Shown here one piece after another: positions 18,682 through 27,793 of a stretch of DNA of 64,000 bases. How positions within the stretch are numbered: the first letter of the stretch is position 1; the number at the start of each line of letters is the position of its first letter. The translations under genes and the position numbers were made by a program. The stretch comes from Candidatus Poribacteria bacterium (GTDB lineage Bacteria; Poribacteria; WGA-4E; WGA-3G): positions 1,088,001 through 1,152,000 of the forward strand of contig OZ219753.1 of NCBI GenBank assembly GCA_964291315.2, written 5' to 3'. The notes beneath the pieces were generated by a model that did no database searches, was not told the DNA's origin, and saw only the letters and a list, made by a program, of their open reading frames with translations.

Positions 18682-19668
18682 CTACACGAAAAATTTCTTG
18701 GCAACCTGGGTTATGAAATTCTTGCCCATAACATTGTAGCCTTCCGCATCCGGATGCAGAGCATCTGGCAGTAGATGAACGTGCTCATGTCCAAACACAC
18801 TTAACCCGTCGACGTAATGAACGTGCATGTCACCTTGTGATTGCAGCGCTTCGACAGCAGCTCGTATCTCTTCCCGCATCCCTTTCAAGTGGAATCCCAC
18901 TGCATTCGGAGTCTCCTCCCGTGGTGGAGAACAGATAGGCGACATTAACACAAGTGGGGTATCTGGGTGTTTCTCACGGATAATCTGAGTAACCCCGATA
19001 ACTGCAGGCCGGAACGCACGCGGCCCCAAACTAGATGCTCCCTGGATATTGATACCCAGGCACATTGAGATATAATCAGCAGGTAAATCGCGAATCATCC
19101 GCGCTACCATTCCATCGAGATGACACTGTCCCCCATAACCAAGACATGTTAAATTCAACCCGCTTTCACGCGCGACAATCGCCGGCCATGTCTGTGTCGG
19201 TGAGGCCGCTGTCCGACACTGAGTGATGGAACTACCGTAAGTCACCCACCGAGGGCGCGTGTCAATAAACCGACCCAGAGTTGCACTGTCATCTATCTCC
19301 AAGTTACGGAGTCGAAAATTTCCGAACTGCGGCAACCATAGCTCAATCAATTTTTCGGTATTGCGTAAGCCGTTGAAGGTAAAATTATCTTTCTGTGTCA
19401 AGTCAAGCGATGCCACAACTTCACCGTCACAACAAAGTTCAAGTATACCCGTTTCGCTCTGCGCTACGATATTACCTGCAACCCGTGTGGTATTGCTCCG
19501 AAAACTGATACGAACCCCTGCAGGCATCGCCGAACGTTCAAGTAAAGGCCCTGGAAATAGGACATGCGTTTGGTGCGGCGTCCGCCAGGGCATCACCCAG
19601 TCTTCGGTTTTCTGTAGAGAAATGACCCCCTGCCAAGTCAATTGCGGGGCGTCTGGTTTTAATTGCAT
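18682..19668 (-). CDS. SGNH/GDSL hydrolase
   Basis: 'YGSSITQ', 'LGYGG', 'GINI' and 'DALHP' blocks. Confidence 0.9.
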   Translation of the reverse strand: MQLKPDAPQLTWQGVISLQKTEDWVMPWRTPHQTHVLFPGPLLERSAMPAGVRISFRSNTTRVAGNIVAQSETGILELCCDGEVVASLDLTQKDNFTFNGLRNTEKLIELWLPQFGNFRLRNLEIDDSATLGRFIDTRPRWVTYGSSITQCRTAASPTQTWPAIVARESGLNLTCLGYGGQCHLDGMVARMIRDLPADYISMCLGINIQGASSLGPRAFRPAVIGVTQIIREKHPDTPLVLMSPICSPPREETPNAVGFHLKGMREEIRAAVEALQSQGDMHVHYVDGLSVFGHEHVHLLPDALHPDAEGYNVMGKNFITQVAKKFFV

Positions 19669-19694
19669 CGTGCTCCTCCTATACCTGCAAATCC

Positions 19695-20507
19695 CTACAT
19701 TGCCTCAATGACACCGCGTAGTTGACGTATGCCGCTCAGCATGTCTTCGGGCTGTCCCCAATGCTCAATGCTCGCTGAGCCCGTGAAGCCATCAGCAACC
19801 AACGTCTCCAGGATCTGCTCATAATTCAAACCTGTATCGCTGATCGGATTAAGATTTTTCTTGCTATTGGGCTTTACATGTACATGCCGTACCAAGCCCT
19901 TAATATGAGCATATCCATCCGGCAAAGGGTTTTCTCCGCAGTGTAAACCGTTATTGACATCCCAACAAGAGGTAAGGGCGGCGCTGTTTCCAAGCGCATC
20001 GATGACAGCCCGGGTCTCTTCACAGGTCCCCGCAAGACACGCGCTCTCGTTTTCAAAACACATTGTAACCTGCGCACTTTCTGCGATCGGAACAACAACT
20101 GCAAGCTTTTCGACAATCCGCTCCATGTAGTCGTTAATATCCGGACGCGGCGCGCCTTTAATCCGACGATTCGGGTTCCAAAAAGTGAAACAGCGAATGA
20201 CTTCAGTATCAAAAGCATGCGCTAGTGTCACCATCCGATCGAAGTGTCTTCGGTGTTCCTCATACGCTTGCGGATCGTCGATCGAGCATTTCCCAAACGG
20301 CGACCCGATGCTTGCAACGCGGACATTATAGGTACCCAAAACGTCTTGGACACGTTTAACATCCTCACCGTCAATTTCGGTTACGTGTTTACCCCAAACA
20401 CCACCGCGGATTTCAACAGTGTTGGCCCCCGCTTCAACACCGAGTTTGATAGCTTCCTCAAAATCGGTTTTAGAAACCTCGTCAGCAAAAAAGCAGACAT
20501 CAATCAT
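19695..20507 (-). CDS. Sugar phosphate isomerase/epimerase (TIM barrel)
   Basis: 'FADEV', 'IGSPFGK', 'FENE', 'WDVNN', 'HVHVK' and 'SIEH'. Confidence 0.88.
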   Translation of the reverse strand: MIDVCFFADEVSKTDFEEAIKLGVEAGANTVEIRGGVWGKHVTEIDGEDVKRVQDVLGTYNVRVASIGSPFGKCSIDDPQAYEEHRRHFDRMVTLAHAFDTEVIRCFTFWNPNRRIKGAPRPDINDYMERIVEKLAVVVPIAESAQVTMCFENESACLAGTCEETRAVIDALGNSAALTSCWDVNNGLHCGENPLPDGYAHIKGLVRHVHVKPNSKKNLNPISDTGLNYEQILETLVADGFTGSASIEHWGQPEDMLSGIRQLRGVIEAM

Positions 20508-20529
20508 ATTAGATAAATCCTTTCACAAT

Positions 20530-21177
20530 TTACATTTTTTTTAATGCTGTGATAATCTGGTCAGGCCCGAGACGCCCTCCAGTTTTAACATCAAGAAATT
20601 TCCATGCAACGCGGCCGCCCCCATCAATAATATAGGTTGCCGGCCGCGCGATATCGGCATCGCCCGGATCACGGACATTATACGCAATAATCACCTCGCT
20701 GTTTTTATCCGAAAGCAACGGATAAGTGACCTCAAGTGCTTGCTGTGTTGAATCTACAACAGCCAGTGGATCCGAGCTGATAGCGATAAGTTCTGCACCT
20801 TCAGCTCGGATGTCTTCATAGCCTGTTTGCAACTCACCGAGTTGCGTACGACAAATCCCTCATGTGCCCATTCGATAGAACACAATAACGAGTTTTTGTC
20901 CTCGATACTGCGAAAGGTTATGAGCATCTCCGCTACTATCCGGTATCGAAAAATCTGGAGCCAGCGCTCCGATATCCAGACCTTCGCCCTGAGGTAGACG
21001 TTCAACCGCCTCTTCCGCGGAAGTAACGATCTGTGTTGCCTGTTCTGTATTATCGCAGGCAAAGCACAGAAAAACGACAGCTACTGCAACAAAAAATCCA
21101 GCCAAACTGCCGTTACCCGAGAACGGTGTATAACGTTTCAGAGTGATGAAATGATTCCTCATCGCTTCAGATTTCAT
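20530..21177 (-). CDS. Peroxiredoxin-like (AhpC/TSA) lipoprotein, predicted selenoprotein (UxxC)
   Basis: ORFs 20860..21177 and 20530..20832 share a frame and are separated only by TGA (20862-20860): FYRMGT-U-GICRTQLGELQTGYEDIRAEGAELIAISSD. Lipobox-like CFAC; 'APDFSIPD' and 'ARPATYIID'. Confidence 0.88.
20821..20859 (-). promoter_or_regulatory. Candidate bacterial SECIS element
   Basis: Perfect 7-bp stem GCAACTC-GGT-GAGTTGC 14 nt after the UGA, with a lower TTTGT/ACAGG helix. Confidence 0.75.
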
Positions 21178-22493
21178 GTTTCACGTTTCCCCTCATCGTT
21201 TTGTGAATGCATCCACTTTCGAACGTCTGACCGCATCTTCTCAAGGGTTGGACGCATATCGAGGTTAAAGGCCAGGTTGTTGAACTCGTACGGATCACGA
21301 GTCACATCGTACAGTTCCTCTACGGGATGGTGTTGCATGAGATAAACGAGTTGCGCAACTTGTGGGTCTGACTCGGCTTTTCTTATCCAACTCTTCCATA
21401 CTTCAGCGTGGCTATCTGGAATACCTATAACTTCGGTAAAATGGGTGCTCCACCTGTTTTCAGGCATCAAATTCAAAATATATTTATACCTCCTATCACG
21501 CACACAACGCTGCGGAAAAACGTTCATATTTCCGTCACGAGTGTGTGTGCCGTAAATTTTATCGCGAAAAGTTAGCTCTTTCCCGAGCAAAACGTTCTTA
21601 AAACTTCTACCATCCAAACCCTCCGGCGGCGCGCCGCCCGCGATATCTACAAGCGTCGGTAAGACATCGACGTGTGAGACCAGCGCATCCGAGACCGTAT
21701 TCGCTGGAATCTCGCTGTACCATTTCGCGAGGAACGGCAGGCGAATACCGGTGTCATACAACGTCCATTTACAGTGGGGCCACTCGGAACCATGGTCGGT
21801 TGTGTAAATAAAAAGCGTGTTGTCGAAATATCCATATGCTTTTAGCATTTTATCGACCTCACCGAGGCGGGTATCCATCGTGGTAATGTCCTGATAATAG
21901 TTAGCAAGTGCTCTGCGAGCAACCGGCGTATCAGCAATATAGGGCGGGAGCGGCAAAGCATCCGGATTATAAATCTTGTTGGGTTCCCATGTCACATGTG
22001 GACTGCTGTCCCCAAGGATAAGGCAAATAGGTTGGTGCCGCTTTTCTCTTCGATGGCTTGAAAGGAAACGTTCAACAGGTTCAGTATCAAGTCCTTCTTG
22101 TCGGTATTTCCGGTTATGCTCGACACGTTTCGGGCGGAATCCACCAATATATTCAAAATTGAAGAGGGCTTCAGGCTTTACGTGCGTTTTTCCGGCGATA
22201 GCAACTCGATAACCGAGATCCCGAAGCATGCTGGGCAAAGTCTTAAGAGACGCTCGGCACTCTGTGTGGTTTCCCATCGCCCCGTGCCGTGCCGGGTAAA
22301 GCCCCGTATAAAGTGTGGAACGCGACGGCGCACACGTCGGTGTGACGGTGAAGGCGTACGTAAAACGAATACCTTCTTCTGCCAGACTGTCTAAGTGGGG
22401 TGTCTGGATATGCTTGTTCCCGTAGCAACCGAGATGCTCCCATCCGTGGTCATCAGAGAGATAGACAACGATATTCGGTTTCTCCCTTGACAT
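21174..22493 (-). CDS. Sulfatase (Cys-type, N-sulfoglucosamine sulfohydrolase-like)
   Basis: 'PNIVVYLSDDHG', 'TCAPSRSTLYTG' (CxPxR), 'GKTH' and 'TTDHG'. Confidence 0.95.
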   Translation of the reverse strand: MSREKPNIVVYLSDDHGWEHLGCYGNKHIQTPHLDSLAEEGIRFTYAFTVTPTCAPSRSTLYTGLYPARHGAMGNHTECRASLKTLPSMLRDLGYRVAIAGKTHVKPEALFNFEYIGGFRPKRVEHNRKYRQEGLDTEPVERFLSSHRREKRHQPICLILGDSSPHVTWEPNKIYNPDALPLPPYIADTPVARRALANYYQDITTMDTRLGEVDKMLKAYGYFDNTLFIYTTDHGSEWPHCKWTLYDTGIRLPFLAKWYSEIPANTVSDALVSHVDVLPTLVDIAGGAPPEGLDGRSFKNVLLGKELTFRDKIYGTHTRDGNMNVFPQRCVRDRRYKYILNLMPENRWSTHFTEVIGIPDSHAEVWKSWIRKAESDPQVAQLVYLMQHHPVEELYDVTRDPYEFNNLAFNLDMRPTLEKMRSDVRKWMHSQNDEGKRET

Positions 22494-22497
22494 TATG

Positions 22498-23352
22498 CTA
22501 ACCCTTAGCAGGTGGAAACGGCCTTAGTGGTTGATTCGTTCGATTCCCACGTGAAACGGCTTCCGGCGGAAATTGTGTACACACTTTACCGTTCTTCATT
22601 CCCCATTTGCTGTTGGGGAAAAAACGTTCACTCTTTTTGTTAATCTCTGGATTTGTTAAAACACCAGCAACGGCAATACGACTTTTCTCACTCGGATTCG
22701 GTGGACTGTAATGCCACATATTACTATGCCAAAAAACTGCATCTCCCGTGTCTAACTCAATATGGTGTACGCCGCACTTTTCGATCATCCCCCGAACGAC
22801 TTTACGTGGGATTTCCCCATGGATGCTATCGGCATATAAGACGTGTTCAATAACCTCAGTTTTATGGCTCTTAGGTATGAACTGCATGCATCCATTTTCT
22901 TGAACTGCGGGCTCAAGCGCTATCCAGAAATTGAAAGATTCAGTATCCCCATCGCGCCAGAGGCCATTGTCTTGGTGCCATGGGGTCGCAGCACCGGTGC
23001 GCGCCGGTTTAAGAAAACAACTGTTGAACTTTACAATGATGTCATCGCCGAGGAAGTAGCGCGCAATGTTGAGCAGGGCAGGCCCGGCATGAACGTTGTG
23101 CCATATCAGCGGAGATTCAACGCAGAAGTTGGCGAGTTTTCGAAAGCGGGCAATGCGGCCTTGTGGCGAGCCGTCCATCGGATCCATGGGGTCATAGTCA
23201 GCAAACTCACCGGCGTTCGGGAGCATCAGAACATTACGAATGACCCCACGGAGCTGTGCTGCCAAGTCTTCTGAGATAACATTGCGAAGAATAAAATAGC
23301 CCTCAATTTCGTATTGTGATTTTTGGACAGCGGTTGGCTGCCATTGTGTCAT
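22498..23352 (-). CDS. Phytanoyl-CoA dioxygenase (PhyH) family protein
   Basis: 'TPWHQDNG', 'WIALE...ENGCMQFIPKSH' and 'HYSPPN.S..SR'. Confidence 0.92.
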   Translation of the reverse strand: MTQWQPTAVQKSQYEIEGYFILRNVISEDLAAQLRGVIRNVLMLPNAGEFADYDPMDPMDGSPQGRIARFRKLANFCVESPLIWHNVHAGPALLNIARYFLGDDIIVKFNSCFLKPARTGAATPWHQDNGLWRDGDTESFNFWIALEPAVQENGCMQFIPKSHKTEVIEHVLYADSIHGEIPRKVVRGMIEKCGVHHIELDTGDAVFWHSNMWHYSPPNPSEKSRIAVAGVLTNPEINKKSERFFPNSKWGMKNGKVCTQFPPEAVSRGNRTNQPLRPFPPAKG

Positions 23353-23678
23353 CGTTGTAATCCTCCTTTTTTGTAGATCGGAAGGACACTCCGCGGGCCA
23401 GAGCACGACAAAAGTCTACAACGTATACAACGCTCCTTAAACGAAGATGTCTTGAACGTGACACAGGACTCCTTCAATAACATCCCCTGCACCAAAAGGT
23501 ATCGCTCTGCCGTTAGATGAAACCCACACTTGAGCAATAGGCCTCTACATTACATATCCTAATTTTTGTACAAGTTTAGCATAAAAAAGAAAATATCTCA
23601 AGGGTTTGGACAGCTTGAGGAAATCTTTTCCGTTGAATTATTTAGCGCGATATGATAGATTAAAGAAAATATTGCTAT

Positions 23679-24431
23679 GTGAATCAAACAATGTTGACGC
23701 AAAAAATGGTAGCTGATGTTCCATCAGATCCAGGGGTCTATTTTTTTCGCAGCGCTACAGGAAGGCTTCTCTATATCGGTAAGGCAAAATGCCTACGCAA
23801 ACGGGTCCGTTCTTATCTCCATAAGGTAAAAAAACGCCCCCGCAAAATCAAACAACTTATCCGATGGACGACAGATGTTCGATATCAGGTTTGTCGTTCG
23901 GAGCAAGAAGCACTCTTCTTAGAATCGCGGTTAATCCAAGAGTACCAGCCCTCCTATAATACCGCTATGAAGTACGGACGGCGCCCTTGGTATATACGCA
24001 TAGATGTTGCAGAACCATTCCCACGACTTGAACGAGTGTCTGAAACACAACCCGATGGCGCAAGGTATTTCGGACCGCTGTCGAGCCGACGATGGACAGA
24101 TGAAGCGATTGATGTGTTACAACGAATTTTCCCCGTACGCACATGTGAAAGCGAAATCACTCCAAAACCAGGGTTCCGCGCCTGTTTTGAGTACGATTTG
24201 AAACGTTGTAACGCACCATGCGCAGCACTGATTACAAGTCAACTCTATAAAGAGACAATAACCGATATTGTTAATCTATTGGATGGCGAGTATCAAAAGG
24301 TACAGGAAAGTCTCGTCACAAAACGGGATAGCGCATCCGAAGCACTGGAGTTTGAGCGGGCTGTGAGATTTCACAAACAGCTACAACGAATCCAGAAGGT
24401 ATTTACCTTCCTAGATGTACACCGGAGGTAA
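23679..24431 (+). CDS. UvrC N-terminal-like (Cho-type) GIY-YIG nuclease with UVR domain
   Basis: 'PGVYFF...LLYIGKAKCLRKRVRSY'; Cys cluster C..C....C...C; 'ASEALEFERA'; no RNase H or HhH C-terminus. Confidence 0.88.
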   Translation: MNQTMLTQKMVADVPSDPGVYFFRSATGRLLYIGKAKCLRKRVRSYLHKVKKRPRKIKQLIRWTTDVRYQVCRSEQEALFLESRLIQEYQPSYNTAMKYGRRPWYIRIDVAEPFPRLERVSETQPDGARYFGPLSSRRWTDEAIDVLQRIFPVRTCESEITPKPGFRACFEYDLKRCNAPCAALITSQLYKETITDIVNLLDGEYQKVQESLVTKRDSASEALEFERAVRFHKQLQRIQKVFTFLDVHRR

Positions 24432-24435
24432 CTTC

Positions 24436-24765
24436 ATGACATCCCGAAAGATAGAAAAAGAGGTTCTTGGCGGTACCAATGGAACAGCACGTTGTAGCTG
24501 TGGCCGGCTCCGCTACCCGCGTTACAGGTTATGTCCGAAGTGTTACTATGCAACGCCTCCAAACACCCCAGATCCCAAGAAGCTGTCTCGTGCTGAACTC
24601 CTGAAGATGCAGGCTTCAAAAACGATGCCTCTTTCGGACCGGCAGGAACGGATCCTATTCCTAGAAAAACGGTACGGTGCACAGTTCCGAGGACAAGACA
24701 TTCGCTTTATGAAGAACTCGCAACTCTATGCATTATCCGAACAAGCAGGTTATCGTCGACGCTAA
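24436..24765 (+). CDS. Small basic hypothetical protein with a C4 zinc-finger-like motif
   Basis: RBS GGAGG; CSCG...CPKC; starts 4 nt after the stop of the GIY-YIG gene. Confidence 0.65.
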   Translation: MTSRKIEKEVLGGTNGTARCSCGRLRYPRYRLCPKCYYATPPNTPDPKKLSRAELLKMQASKTMPLSDRQERILFLEKRYGAQFRGQDIRFMKNSQLYALSEQAGYRRR

Positions 24766-24810
24766 ATTTTTGTCTATACCGTAGACATTCTTTCAATCTG
24801 TAAAAATATC

Positions 24811-24839
24811 TTGCTAAAAAAACAAATATCTGTTAAAAT
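24811..24839 (+). promoter_or_regulatory. Sigma70-like promoter for the HMA gene pair
   Basis: TTGCTA-N17-TAAAAT with extended TG. Confidence 0.55.
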
Positions 24840-24875
24840 AATAGAGACATATAATTATTCTAAGGAGGTTAACCC

Positions 24876-25271
24876 ATGCGTATCGCGAAATTATCGCTGA
24901 TTGCCCTAGTCGCCTTTGCTTTTATAGTAGGGTGCGGCATGATCGGGAAGAAAGCAGAAATGCCAGAGACTACCCCTACTTCCATCGAAACTGCCACAAC
25001 GCAATCTGAAGCCAAGGCTGACGACATGTCAGCATCCATGGAGGGAGCCGCCGTTGAAGAGGTAACACTGAACGTCACAGGTATGACATGAGGATCCTGT
25101 ACCGGTAAAGTGCAGGATGCACTTAGCAAGGTCACAGGCGTTTCGGAAGTGGTAAGTGTTTCTTCGGATACGAATACGGCTGTCGTAAGAATCAAAAAGG
25201 GTAAAGTGACGACTGCAGCGCTTACCGAGGCAGTTAAAGGTGCTGGTTTTAGTGCCAAGGTTGCCCAATAG
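24876..25271 (+). CDS. Heavy-metal-associated (HMA; CopZ/MerP-like) lipoprotein 1, predicted selenoprotein
   Basis: RBS AAGGAGG; lipobox IVGC; VTLNVTGMT-TGA(25089-91)-GSCTGKVQDALSKVTGVSEVVSVS...LTEAVKGAGFSAKVAQ-TAG; hairpin ATCCTGTAC-CGGTAAA-GTGCAGGAT (25094-25118). Confidence 0.9.
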
Positions 25272-25280
25272 GACATAATT

Positions 25281-25311
25281 TTGAAGGGGTGAGGTTTGCT
25301 CGCCCCTTCAA
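25281..25311 (+). other. Intergenic hairpin between the two HMA genes
   Basis: TTGAAGGGGTGAG-GTTTG-CTCGCCCCTTCAA. Confidence 0.6.
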
Positions 25312-25385
25312 TTGAGCAGATTGTAATGCAGAACATTAAAAGCTGCGTCTCGAAAACCGCTGCTATAAATGAGAGGTACAAACCT

Positions 25386-25730
25386 ATGTATCAATTAAAT
25401 GTAAGAATACTATTTGTCTGTCTCGCGGCACTTTTGCTCGTCGTTGCATGTGCGGACACAGAAAAGAAAACAACAGAAGCTCCAAGTCAGACAACGGAAG
25501 CAAACATTGAAGAGGTGACACTCGCTGTAACCGGCATGACTTGAGGTAGTTGTACTAGTAAGGTGCAGGATGCACTTACAAAGGTCGCCGGTGTTTCTGA
25601 AGTTGTCAGCGTTTCTATGCAAGAAAACAAGGCTGTCGTGAAAATTGAAAAGGGTAAAGTTGATAACAACGCACTTGTGAAGGCTATTGAAGGAGCAGGG
25701 GCAGGCTTTAGAGCCCAAGTTACCCACTAA
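25386..25730 (+). CDS. HMA lipoprotein 2 (tandem paralog), predicted selenoprotein
   Basis: RBS GAGAGG; lipobox VVAC; VTLAVTGMT-TGA(25542-44)-GSCTSKVQDALTKVAGVSEVV...AGFRAQVTH-TAA; weaker hairpin TTGTAC-TAGTAAG-GTGCAG. Confidence 0.88.
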
Positions 25731-25775
25731 GCACGAATCAGTAGAGCGATATCGGTTTGCGCTTCGTTCTATGAG

Positions 25776-25808
25776 AAAAAAGCGAGGTCCCAGGATCTCG
25801 CTTTTTTT
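25776..25808. terminator. Bidirectional intrinsic terminator
   Basis: AAAAAAGCGAGGTCC-CA-GGATCTCGCTTTTTTT between convergent genes. Confidence 0.85.
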
Positions 25809-25837
25809 ATGGAAGGTAAGGCCGCTTGGTGTTTAAC

Positions 25838-26698
25838 TTACTGCTGCTTCGTGTAGAGCGGCGTTTCAAGCAAAGATTGCACTTCATAAATGGAACCCTT
25901 CCGCTCAGCGTGGGGTTCCGGCATACGGACAGGTGCAGCTACGATGCGAGGCTCATTCGTCGGCTCACCACGGATAATAAAGCTATTAAAAGTGTGCCAA
26001 TCCGGGATACCCTTCAGGGGCCACGCGTCTACGGCACAATATTGGAACAGGAGCAAGCGGCGCGGCTTCTCAGATGTATTCGGGGCAGAACCGTGTAACG
26101 TTCGCACATGATGAATAGTGATACCCCCTGCTTTTAACTCGATAGGTACAGCACCCGCTGGCGTGAAATTGGGATCCGTTACCGCCCCAACAAACACCCC
26201 ATTTTGATGGTGATCCAAAGTCGGGCCCTTGTGTGAACCCGGAAGTATCATCAAGGCACCGTTCTCCACGCTCATATCATCAATAACAACCCCTACTGCC
26301 AGCAAACTATCGTTGGTATGTGGATAGAACGCCCAATCCTGATGCCATTCAACCGGGCTCCCGAACTCCGGATATTTCATATTCAGTTTATGCCCATTAT
26401 ATCGAACCCCCGGGCCAATGAGTTGTTCCACGATATCTAGAATCCTCGGATGCCGTAAAGCCCGATCATAAACAGTGTGGTGGATCCCCGGATTTTTGAT
26501 GCGCCGTACACGCGGGGTAGCAGAAGTATGCCCTGGTTCTAGGTCAAAAATATCAGTGTGTTTGGTAACTTCCCTCGATTTTTCAACGAATTCATCGGTG
26601 ATGCGCTGAAGATCAACGACCTCCTCTGACGTTAATACGGCTTCAACGCCGATATAGCCACTCCTGTTATAAAAATCAAGTTGTTCTCGTGTCAGCAC
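25838..26698 (-). CDS. Phytanoyl-CoA dioxygenase (PhyH) family protein
   Basis: 'VEWHQDWAF', 'ENGALMILPGSH' and 'HGSAPNTS..PRR'. Confidence 0.92.
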   Translation of the reverse strand: MLTREQLDFYNRSGYIGVEAVLTSEEVVDLQRITDEFVEKSREVTKHTDIFDLEPGHTSATPRVRRIKNPGIHHTVYDRALRHPRILDIVEQLIGPGVRYNGHKLNMKYPEFGSPVEWHQDWAFYPHTNDSLLAVGVVIDDMSVENGALMILPGSHKGPTLDHHQNGVFVGAVTDPNFTPAGAVPIELKAGGITIHHVRTLHGSAPNTSEKPRRLLLFQYCAVDAWPLKGIPDWHTFNSFIIRGEPTNEPRIVAAPVRMPEPHAERKGSIYEVQSLLETPLYTKQQ

Positions 26699-26753
26699 TG
26701 TACTGCCTCCTATCTGCAGCGTTTACCGTTTTACGCAAATTCAAACCGTTTTT

Positions 26754-27698
26754 TTATCTACCCGGCCGCTGGCGTAAGGTTTCCCTAAATACCTCAAGGC
26801 TTGGGGTTTTGGGAATTGCGCGTAACAACGCTTTTAGATGATCTAAGTCCTCAATTTTTTCAAGGTCATCCTTTAACGTTTGCACAGACTCGGGCTGGAA
26901 CTGGTCACTCAGTAATTCAAGGATCAACTCAATAGCGCACTTCCTCTGCCCGCGTTCTAACCCGCGTTCTAACCCGCGTTCTAACCCGCGTTCTAACCCA
27001 CGTGCCATAGCGCGTTCTTCTGCTTCTCGAACGTATTCGCGGAAAAAAGGAGATTCTTGCATAATACCCTCCGGCAAAAATTGTTTTATCACTTGAGGAT
27101 CATGGACTAAACCACCAAAGACCCCCAAAGCAGCAAGCAGGAGATCTCGGTCGTTCTGATCCACGTTTGAGGTGAAGGTAGCATCAATACATGTTTCTAA
27201 CCAGCGCGTCGGCTCCATGTGTTCAGGCGGTCTCATTAACGGAGAGAGCGGCAGTAACCCGGGAACCGCAGCCTCCAAGATTGATTGCCCCTCTATGTCG
27301 ATGAGCCGAATTACCCTATACTTAAGCTTGTATTCACATCCATAGCCGACATACTCATAGTATCCAGGGTCATTTCTGCCCGCATGCGGGTGAAGGTAGA
27401 GAACACTCGAATAAGTTTTCAATCTATGTTCTCTGATAAGGAATCCGTTATAACCTGCAATCCGAAGCGGCATTGGTTCACGACTATCATATGCCTGAAA
27501 CTCGTTATGAAGGATAGCAACTTCATCACCGAAACGGACCTTCAGAGTGCTATCTGTTTCACGCGTCTTAAGCACGATTTGTTCAGTCGCTAAATTCTCC
27601 AATACTGTGACTTTTGGATATTTGAGGATGAGTTCTACAAAAGGTTCGGTATATTCGTTCGTTACAAATTTCGCTACATTATCATAACGATGTTTCAT
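26754..27698 (-). CDS. Rpn/YhgA-like PD-(D/E)xK nuclease (putative transposase family)
   Basis: 'ETDSTL...LHNEFQ', 'MPLRIAGY', 'VLYL' and 'MQESPFF...'; C-terminal (RGLE)n repeats. Confidence 0.85.
   Translation of the reverse strand: MKHRYDNVAKFVTNEYTEPFVELILKYPKVTVLENLATEQIVLKTRETDSTLKVRFGDEVAILHNEFQAYDSREPMPLRIAGYNGFLIREHRLKTYSSVLYLHPHAGRNDPGYYEYVGYGCEYKLKYRVIRLIDIEGQSILEAAVPGLLPLSPLMRPPEHMEPTRWLETCIDATFTSNVDQNDRDLLLAALGVFGGLVHDPQVIKQFLPEGIMQESPFFREYVREAEERAMARGLERGLERGLERGLERGQRKCAIELILELLSDQFQPESVQTLKDDLEKIEDLDHLKALLRAIPKTPSLEVFRETLRQRPGR
26950..26999. repeat. 12-bp coding tandem repeat (CCGCGTTCTAAC) x4 encoding RGLE
   Basis: Read directly inside the Rpn gene. Confidence 0.9.
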
Positions 27699-27793
27699 AT
27701 AGATAGTATACCCTAATATGTTAATCTCTGTCAACATCTTTTATTATAAAAATTTGGTTTCTCAGAAAGTTCTACTCCGCACAATCGCGCACA

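Noticed and set aside
24869-25727. Minus-strand ORFs 24869..25381 and 25410..25727
   Set aside because: They are antisense shadows of the HMA genes, which have an RBS, lipobox and recognisable fold.
20530-25730. Genome-wide UGA reassignment (genetic code 4 or 25) as the explanation for the in-frame TGAs
   Set aside because: Many genes here end normally at TGA (for example 1391, 42459, 43810, 58088), Trp is encoded by TGG, and the read-through TGAs fall only at CxxC cysteine positions.
26950-26999. Tandem repeat as CRISPR or regulatory array
   Set aside because: It is a spacerless 12-bp coding repeat typical of Rpn C-termini.
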